Below, in pieces: positions 57,690 through 64,000 of a stretch of 64,000 bases of DNA. The position numbers and the translations under genes were made by a program. Source of the DNA: Minisyncoccota bacterium (GTDB lineage Bacteria; Patescibacteriota; Minisyncoccia; UBA6257; JAGOQP01); the NCBI GenBank assembly GCA_041665445.1, contig JBAYIV010000002.1, forward strand, positions 5,836-69,835, in the 5' to 3' direction. The notes under the pieces were generated by a model. That model had not been told where the DNA came from and did not search any database. It saw only the letters and a list, made by a program, of their open reading frames with translations. Position 1 is the first letter of the stretch. Every line of letters begins with the position of its first letter.

Positions 57690-58961
57690 TTACTCCTGTG
57701 ATTTTGCCACTTGAGCCTTGATTTGTTCAAGGCTTGCCATGAGACCATCGATTTCCTCGAGGATCCTTTCCGCATCGTCTTCTGAACGATGATGAAACAG
57801 ATTCTCAAGCGTCAACCCGCCCGGAAGATCGAGCAAGCGAGCGGCACTGGCTCGGCTTTTCCGAAGAAAGGTCCTCAAAATTCTGAAATCGTCGACGGGA
57901 CCACGCTTTCTGCGAGCGCACAGCATGGACGAACCAACCTGCACCGTTAAATGCCTGACGTAGTGCCTGACCTCATCGATGTTCATCTGATGTTCGACGA
58001 TGTACTGCACTGCCGTCATCTGATGGGCCGTCGGCAATTTGGACACTTCGTTGGCGACGGAAAAAGTAATACCCTCGCCGGAAGGAAGTTCGGGGTTCAT
58101 CAGTGCTTGGACCTCCGGCGTCAAGCGCAACAGGCCCAGGTGCTGAACGACCCAACTCTCGGAGTTTGAGAACAAGACCGCCAATTGCCCGACGGACAGG
58201 TTCTCTTCATCCTTGATTTGCTGTAACGCACTGGCTATCTCCATCGGCTGATGTCCCTCTCGTCCGAAATTGCATATAGCCGATCCCTTGAACATCTGCG
58301 CCTCGGGGAGACTCTTGGCGATAATCGCCCGCAGGGTCGGTTTGTGAACCAGATGAGCGGCGCGCCAGCGACGTTCCCCATCGTAGAGGATGTAATCGTG
58401 TTCAGGATCGTCAACGGCCGGGACAAGGATGATGGGGATTTGCTGTCCGTGGAGCAAACTGCGTCCCAGCGCCAACAGTTTCGACATCGCGAAGTACTTG
58501 CGAGGCTGTCCTTCGTTCTGCTTAATCCGTGCAACCGGAACATCGCAGATGTCGTTGTGTAGTAGCTCGAGATCGTGTCCAAGCGTTAGCGTCGTCGAGT
58601 TCTTCTTTGGATGCTCGACGGTGTCGGAATCGGATTGTTCGGGTGTTTCTTGGGCGTGAATCGGCCCTACCTCTAGGGCCTCCGAAAGCTGTGGGAGAAG
58701 TTCTTCCTCGTTTGGGAATTCGATAAAATCGATTCCGCGCGAGGAAGCCGCTCCCTTAAGTTTGATGGAACGAGCCAGACCGCATTTCGCGAAAACCACC
58801 TCGATGTAATCGGGGATGGCGTCCCGGGGTCTTTCTATCGGGTCCCACCAGATTATTTGTTGAGAGTCCCGAACCGACGGCGGGAGCACAAACTTTCGTG
58901 CTCCAACAACAAGAACGGCGGCGCCCAAAGTGCTCGACGACGAAACCGATTGTTCCTCCAT
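57690..58961 (-). CDS. ParB/RepB/Spo0J family protein with N-terminal extension
   Basis: QPRKYF, GQQIPI, DGERRWRAA, HTH region; no adjacent parA. Confidence 0.85.
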   Translation of the reverse strand: MEEQSVSSSSTLGAAVLVVGARKFVLPPSVRDSQQIIWWDPIERPRDAIPDYIEVVFAKCGLARSIKLKGAASSRGIDFIEFPNEEELLPQLSEALEVGPIHAQETPEQSDSDTVEHPKKNSTTLTLGHDLELLHNDICDVPVARIKQNEGQPRKYFAMSKLLALGRSLLHGQQIPIILVPAVDDPEHDYILYDGERRWRAAHLVHKPTLRAIIAKSLPEAQMFKGSAICNFGREGHQPMEIASALQQIKDEENLSVGQLAVLFSNSESWVVQHLGLLRLTPEVQALMNPELPSGEGITFSVANEVSKLPTAHQMTAVQYIVEHQMNIDEVRHYVRHLTVQVGSSMLCARRKRGPVDDFRILRTFLRKSRASAARLLDLPGGLTLENLFHHRSEDDAERILEEIDGLMASLEQIKAQVAKSQE

Positions 58962-59124
58962 GGCCCTACCCCTCCTTTCGACTTCTATTCCTCCACACTG
59001 TTAGTTTCTCACACTGTCAAAGGGCTATTGCGTGTCGGGCTTAAAATAACAGAGAAAGACGGACTTGTAAATAAAGGTTTTTTAACCGACGTTTATCTGC
59101 ACACGATTAAATTTAAAAAATTAC

Positions 59125-59155
59125 AAGATAAAAAAAGAGAGCTGGTCAGGCTCTC
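59125..59155 (-). repeat. 31-bp direct repeat copy 1 (terminator hairpin)
   Basis: AAGATAAAAAAAGAGAGCTGGTCAGGCTCTC, identical to 63102-63132. Confidence 0.9.
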
Positions 59156-59184
59156 GTTGTCATTGTTTTGCGACCGCGGATCTA

Positions 59185-59487
59185 TCAGGCGAGCAGTTTC
59201 TCCGCCCGCTCTCTGATGGTGGACTCGATCTTCCCCTTGAAGAACGTGGCCGCGAACGGGAGATTGCCGGAAAGCTTCACCTCCGACGGCGTCACGGTCA
59301 GGATGCCGGAAACCGAGAACCCCATAGCCGAGAAACTGAAGCTACCCATGTTGCCGCTCCACTCCTCGCGCAGGTTGCTGATCTTGTCAGCGAACTGGTC
59401 CTTCACCTCGCCCAGCAGCGTTTTGATGCGGATGAGCGCTTCGTTCTGTGTGAGGCGATGAGACATCGTCATCTCGAGCTTTGCCAT
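59185..59487 (-). CDS. Polyhydroxyalkanoic-acid-system (PHA_gran_rgn) family protein
   Basis: H.LTQNEA..RI...EEWSG...F...G.L...LPFAATFFKGKIE; SD AAGGAG. Confidence 0.8.
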   Translation of the reverse strand: MAKLEMTMSHRLTQNEALIRIKTLLGEVKDQFADKISNLREEWSGNMGSFSFSAMGFSVSGILTVTPSEVKLSGNLPFAATFFKGKIESTIRERAEKLLA

Positions 59488-59673
59488 GAGAATCTCCTTA
59501 TGTGGGAAAGTGCTGTCTGGACGAAGCGGCACTATTGCTACCTCATTCCAGTTTCTGACGGAGCACATTATATCACAATATAATAGAAAAGTCAATCTCT
59601 CACAATCCCCGCCCGAAATCAGCGCACATTCCGTCCGGATGAGAAAAAATGCTAATTAAAACGCTTTCGCTAA

Positions 59674-60243
59674 TTACTTCCCCAGAATCAATTCCAAAAT
59701 CTTATGGGTGTGAATCTTTGGCATTTGATCAACTCGTTCAAAAATTCTCTTTTCTAGTATTCGAAATTTGGAGACTAGGGCAAAAATTTCATCCTCATCC
59801 TGCGAGTAATCCACGTTCCCGCCACTGTCTTTTATTTCAAGATTGAAGTGGATAAAGACATAGCCGCCCGGGCACAAGATCCTCGAAAATTCTTCCAAGG
59901 CTTTCTTTTGATCAAGATAGTGAATGACATTGATAGCAAAAATCGCCCCAACGTTGCCATCGGCAAAAGTTAAATGTTGAGCATCTTGGACTTCGAACTT
60001 AAGGCCGGGAAATTTATCTTTGTCCTGAGCTATTTCCTGTTCGGAATTATCAACCCCCATGGCATTGAGTCCGTACCCGCAAAAGAACGCCACATCTCTT
60101 CCGCTGCCACAACCAACATCAACCAAAGTGCCCACAAAAGAATTATTCTTTAGAAAATCCGAGAAATGTTTCGCATAAAGGGTTGGATGCCCATCCCAAT
60201 GCCTCCCCTTTTTATAGACATCATATAACCATTGTGACTGCAT
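59674..60243 (-). CDS. Class I SAM-dependent methyltransferase
   Basis: VDVGCGSGRD, GVDNS, RILCPGG. Confidence 0.9.
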   Translation of the reverse strand: MQSQWLYDVYKKGRHWDGHPTLYAKHFSDFLKNNSFVGTLVDVGCGSGRDVAFFCGYGLNAMGVDNSEQEIAQDKDKFPGLKFEVQDAQHLTFADGNVGAIFAINVIHYLDQKKALEEFSRILCPGGYVFIHFNLEIKDSGGNVDYSQDEDEIFALVSKFRILEKRIFERVDQMPKIHTHKILELILGK

Positions 60244-60270
60244 AAAAAAATATGAAATTTTTAATCGGTT

Positions 60271-60702
60271 TTATTCACTCTGTTTAATCAATAATCTCAA
60301 CACCTCACAATCAAGAGGGATGAGATTATATGCATTATAATCACGGGGATCGATCCATTGATAATCGTCATGGTCAGGACCCAAGAGAATATCAAGCGTC
60401 TTAGGGAAACATCTGAAAAAAACACCGAAAATTTGAATCTTTTCTCCTTTGATTTCTGGGCGCCATTCACCGATAAAAAACGGTTCTCCAATTGTAACAT
60501 CAAGACCACATTCTTCCTTCGTCTCACGCAAGAGTCCTTCCTGAAGAGATTCCCCGGGCTCGACTTTACCCCCAGGAAAATCATACTTTCCCACATTCTG
60601 ACTCCCCTGATAAGCATGAGATTCACGAATGATGAGGACATTTCCATCATGGACGATAACTGCCCGTCCGGCAATTCGCTGTTTAATAATAGAACTGGGC
60701 AT
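60271..60702 (-). CDS. NUDIX hydrolase
   Basis: PGGKVEPGESLQEGLLRETKEECG. Confidence 0.92.
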   Translation of the reverse strand: MPSSIIKQRIAGRAVIVHDGNVLIIRESHAYQGSQNVGKYDFPGGKVEPGESLQEGLLRETKEECGLDVTIGEPFFIGEWRPEIKGEKIQIFGVFFRCFPKTLDILLGPDHDDYQWIDPRDYNAYNLIPLDCEVLRLLIKQSE

Positions 60703-60710
60703 AAAAAATA

Positions 60711-61034
60711 TTATGATTCGTCTAGTATGATCCTACTGCTAAATCTTCCTTGTCTCCCCGCTTTATCCTCTTTGATTTTTTCTAGAGCTGCCACGTTAAA
60801 TTTTTTATAGATCGCGATTGCGTCAATAACTTCGAGTACGTCAGCAAATTCTTCCGGGCTTTCATCTCTGGTAAATTCCTCAATTTCTTCCAAAAGTTTT
60901 TCTTTTAATTTTTTCCAATATTCCTCATCATCTGCGATATGTGCAACACAGGACTCTCCTTTTGCATGAATACGTTCGGGAATCTTATCTCGGACAAGTT
61001 TGTTGTGTTTCATAGTATCGTGCATTTGCTCCAT
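60711..61034 (-). CDS. All-alpha NTP pyrophosphohydrolase (HisE/MazG-like)
   Basis: KLVRDKIP...KLLEEIEEF...EEFADVLEV...K...G.F. Confidence 0.9.
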   Translation of the reverse strand: MEQMHDTMKHNKLVRDKIPERIHAKGESCVAHIADDEEYWKKLKEKLLEEIEEFTRDESPEEFADVLEVIDAIAIYKKFNVAALEKIKEDKAGRQGRFSSRIILDES

Positions 61035-61049
61035 GTTTTCCTTGCAAAA

Positions 61050-61490
61050 TTAAGACGTTATCGGAATTCGAATACCATTAATATAATTCTCTATCGATTC
61101 TCGTATTCCCTTAACTAACTCAAGCTTCAGTGCCTCGTGAGGGTCTATCCAGATAAATTCTTGCAGTTCCGTCCCATCAAGCCGCACGTCTTCAGCAAGC
61201 GCTTTACAGACAACGTGGAAATATACCAGATGAGCTTTGCGATGGAAATCAGGATCGTAGATGTTTTCACCGATATTAACACAATATTGCGGCTCAAGCC
61301 GCAACCCCGTTTCTTCTTCCCCTTCCCGCTGAGCGGTGGCACATATTCTTTCTCCGGCTTCTGCGTGTCCGCCGGGAATAAGGTATTTATCGCCCCATTT
61401 GTGCGATTTAATAAGGAGAATCTCCCCTTTGGTATTTACAATAATCGGAGACGCAACGACCTCAACCATGCCATCGTATTTACTGGTCAT
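61050..61490 (-). CDS. NUDIX hydrolase
   Basis: PGGHAEAGE...AQREGEEETGL. Confidence 0.9.
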   Translation of the reverse strand: MTSKYDGMVEVVASPIIVNTKGEILLIKSHKWGDKYLIPGGHAEAGERICATAQREGEEETGLRLEPQYCVNIGENIYDPDFHRKAHLVYFHVVCKALAEDVRLDGTELQEFIWIDPHEALKLELVKGIRESIENYINGIRIPITS

Positions 61491-61593
61491 ATTCTGTTGG
61501 AATTTAATATACCAAAAAATCATCACCAAAGCGACTTCTGGCGCAGACGGGTTGAGGGCACAGAAACCAAAGGCTCCCACACTTCCTAGTTGC

Positions 61594-62958
61594 TTATAAG
61601 TGCATTGTCTGCACGGTGGCGACTTTCTTGACCCAATCAAGCTTCGTCATTCGCGTCGGCCTAAGTTTATACCGTTTTATGATGTATTGAGTAATACAGG
61701 CTATGTCATTCACAATTTTTTCTCGTTTCGATTCCGATGGAGAAAAAGATATGTTTTCAACCTCTAGTTGATAGAGATCCTTCCCCCCTGCGGCGACGTG
61801 GTCAATAAGCAAAATATACAAATCTTTTGTGATAATGTGTTCTACAATAAACGTTTTTCGTGTTCGCAGTCTTAAGAAATACGGCTTTTGCAATAGCGCC
61901 TGAGGAGCTCGTTTTGCAATTTCTCTCCGTTGAAGAATGCACCCAAGGCCAAACCTATTCCGTGCAATGACTTCGTTTGATTTGTATACAACTTTCTTGC
62001 CGTTGTGCGTCAAGCGGATATAGCTTCCATCGCCCGCAATAACATATCGTGCAAAATTTGTGTGCTCCCAACTATCTTCGCATCCTTTTGCGATTCGAAA
62101 TGCTTTTAATTTCCCTTTGCGGAAATCATGCTTGAGCTGAGTAAAAATATATTGCTTATTCACCGGTAACGAAAGTTTCGACTCTATCTCGGTATCAGAA
62201 TTTTCCAACCATTTTTTATATTTCCGTTTGAGCAGTTGATATTCAGCATCGTATGCGGCCTGTTTTTTTGATAGCAATTGTTCGGCTCCATGCGCATGTA
62301 AAATCTTGATAACGCGGCGGTACAATTTTGAGTCGAGCAGAGCTACGTCAAACTTAAGTTCAACCCGAACGGTTCTATCTTCGGAACCAATCCGAACAGC
62401 CGTTCGCGATGTTTCAAAAACATAGTACCGGACATCACGATCGATGGTGACACGAAATCGTTCATTGTTTTTGACATAATAATGAGCGCGTTGATACGTC
62501 GCGGCCACATGAGGCATCAGCGGTTTTGCCGGCACAAAATATAAGAGCGGCGGCCGTTTATTGAGTTTCTTAATGATATCAACAAGCGGTATGTGCGCAA
62601 AAAACTTTTCTCGCTTACGAGAAAGGTTATGCGTTGATTTTTTCACTTCAAATTTCCATTCTTTTTGAAAATCGGGTCGGAATTGCTTCCCGGTCTGAGC
62701 GGGAGCATATCCGCGTGCCCGAACAGATAATCCAAACGGCACTTCGTGATCTGTGTTGTTGAAATATATTGTCTGGTTGTATCCGTTAGAATATTTCTGC
62801 TCGCACGAAATGACGTTTAACTGTTTAAGAAAGCCATCGAGCCGTTTTGCTTCCAAAAAATACCCCTCTTCCATTCGAGTTTCTATACCTTTCAAGAATT
62901 GACGCCCCAAAAGACGCACCGCGCCTTTTGATAACATCGCATTGTTGCGAGTGGACAT
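61594..62958 (-). CDS. Tandem triphosphate-tunnel protein (VTC-like plus CYTH-like)
   Basis: Domain 1: TIYF, VRARGY, FEVKK, YQR, RVTID, VELK, SK. Domain 2: EIESK, YIRL, REI, RTRKTF, ID, LEVE. Confidence 0.7.
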   Translation of the reverse strand: MSTRNNAMLSKGAVRLLGRQFLKGIETRMEEGYFLEAKRLDGFLKQLNVISCEQKYSNGYNQTIYFNNTDHEVPFGLSVRARGYAPAQTGKQFRPDFQKEWKFEVKKSTHNLSRKREKFFAHIPLVDIIKKLNKRPPLLYFVPAKPLMPHVAATYQRAHYYVKNNERFRVTIDRDVRYYVFETSRTAVRIGSEDRTVRVELKFDVALLDSKLYRRVIKILHAHGAEQLLSKKQAAYDAEYQLLKRKYKKWLENSDTEIESKLSLPVNKQYIFTQLKHDFRKGKLKAFRIAKGCEDSWEHTNFARYVIAGDGSYIRLTHNGKKVVYKSNEVIARNRFGLGCILQRREIAKRAPQALLQKPYFLRLRTRKTFIVEHIITKDLYILLIDHVAAGGKDLYQLEVENISFSPSESKREKIVNDIACITQYIIKRYKLRPTRMTKLDWVKKVATVQTMHL

Positions 62959-63101
62959 GGATTTTCTTTATTGTTTTATTTTATCAGAAAATCATTTCTT
63001 TGTCCTCATCGGCCGCACTACGGTTCTACGACAAAAAACAGTTCGAATGGAGGACGTGCGGAGAATCCATCAGAACAGTGTCTGTGCGTGAGAGAAACAA
63101 A

Positions 63102-63132
63102 AAGATAAAAAAAGAGAGCTGGTCAGGCTCTC
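63102..63132 (-). repeat. 31-bp direct repeat copy 2 (terminator hairpin)
   Basis: Identical to 59125-59155. Confidence 0.9.
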
Positions 63133-63157
63133 AAAGTTTTGTGACCAGGGCATCGAC

Positions 63158-63562
63158 CTAATTAGGCTCAATGCCCTTGAGGATCATCCGCGCGAAATCC
63201 TCGATCTTCTGGATGCCTTTCTCGATGTCGGTGATGATCTCGAAGGTCTTTCGGTCTCGAGACCAGACGATGCCTTGGCGAGCGTAACGCCGCAGGTTCG
63301 CCAGTGCCTCCCTACGGAAAGCCTTCATCTCGGTCGCCACGCTGTGGCTCTCTTCCAAGGCATACTGAGCAACCTTGACGCCGTGGAGCATGGCACACTG
63401 ACGTCCGTCGGCCAGGAATCCATTCTCGCACTTCTGAAAGTAGGGGCATAGCTGCCGCCCCAGGCGTTTTGATTCGCTGACGGTAGCGGGACCGTCGCCG
63501 TAGAGATTGGTATCACATGGCTCTGATCCGTGAATCAAAGCCTCCTCCTTAGCCTTTGCCAT
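63158..63562 (-). CDS. Hypothetical protein
   Basis: SD AAGGAGGT; four Cys. Confidence 0.6.
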   Translation of the reverse strand: MAKAKEEALIHGSEPCDTNLYGDGPATVSESKRLGRQLCPYFQKCENGFLADGRQCAMLHGVKVAQYALEESHSVATEMKAFRREALANLRRYARQGIVWSRDRKTFEIITDIEKGIQKIEDFARMILKGIEPN

Positions 63563-63610
63563 GGAACACCTCCTTCAAAACAGATTTGCCCCATTGCGCC
63601 ATAGAAAGAA

Positions 63611-63970
63611 TTAATCGCAACGACTCCTGCTGATTGCGCTTTGAGAGATTCTTCGAATCATCTCCGGCGTTGACTCATCATCGGCCGGAGCATCGGTGTA
63701 GAGCTCCCACACGATGTAGGGGTAGTCGTCTTTCTTGATGGCGAGGGTAACCGCCGAACCGCTTAGTCCGCTCCTCACGTAGAGAAGCTCGTGATCCTCG
63801 CCTTGAAAACGAACGACCGTCTTGGCTACCTTGACCCCCAGTGTTTCCGTGCAGGAAACCACCATCTCCGCCTCGCCGGTGATGGGGATGTGCCAGAAAC
63901 ACTGGCGATCCTTCTCTGTTCGCTTGGTCACACACAGGACATTGAACCGCTGAAGAATTTGCAGATCCAT
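63611..63970 (-). CDS. Hypothetical protein
   Basis: SD AAGGAGG before ATG. Confidence 0.6.
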   Translation of the reverse strand: MDLQILQRFNVLCVTKRTEKDRQCFWHIPITGEAEMVVSCTETLGVKVAKTVVRFQGEDHELLYVRSGLSGSAVTLAIKKDDYPYIVWELYTDAPADDESTPEMIRRISQSAISRSRCD

Positions 63971-64000
63971 CGTTTTTCCCTCCTTCCAAAAGCACGTTTG

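Noticed and set aside
57068-64000. Prophage or integrative element (orphan genes plus ParB)
   Set aside because: No integrase, terminase, capsid, relaxase or transposase is recognisable in the window.

Overview
This looks like a 64-kb chromosomal segment from a small-genome CPR/Patescibacteria (Parcubacteria-like) bacterium. The taxon is inferred from gene content and intergenic style. It uses genetic code 11 (an RF2 gene with a CTT-TGA frameshift is present), and almost every gene is on the minus strand. From left to right: (1) prfB, an SMR-type transporter, and tRNA-Thr(CGT) overlapped by an HNH endonuclease ORF. (2) A ~15-kb cell-surface cluster (2.2-17.3 kb) with three cohesin-like membrane proteins, a dockerin protein, a DUF916/PapD-like membrane chaperone, a small pilin/WxL-like subunit, a 1320-aa adhesin ending in a paralogous pilin domain, and a mucin-like protein. 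It is interrupted by GIY-YIG and four-helix-bundle cassettes. (3) Housekeeping and stress genes (nth, hemerythrin, DEAD helicase, csp, TspO fusion). (4) An accessory/defence zone (GHKL ATPase operon, PIF1 helicase, Mrr-like and DpnI-like nucleases) and a ~650-nt promoter-to-terminator unit that has no convincing long ORF but carries consecutive hairpins and two near-identical micro-ORFs (MFQPGGL/MFQPGGT). (5) An ApbE flavinylation operon whose oxidoreductase has repeated P[VI]TSVS motifs. (6) rsgA and small genes. (7) A type I R-M locus with an embedded ABC-ATPase/HEPN (PrrC-like) gene. (8) A solo ParB and a nucleotide/phosphate-processing cluster with a tandem VTC-CYTH enzyme. The best candidates for an undescribed system are an usher-less donor-strand pilus anchored by cohesin-dockerin, the structured RNA/micropeptide unit, and the flavinylation module. 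All domain calls come from motif recognition by eye; no searches were run.
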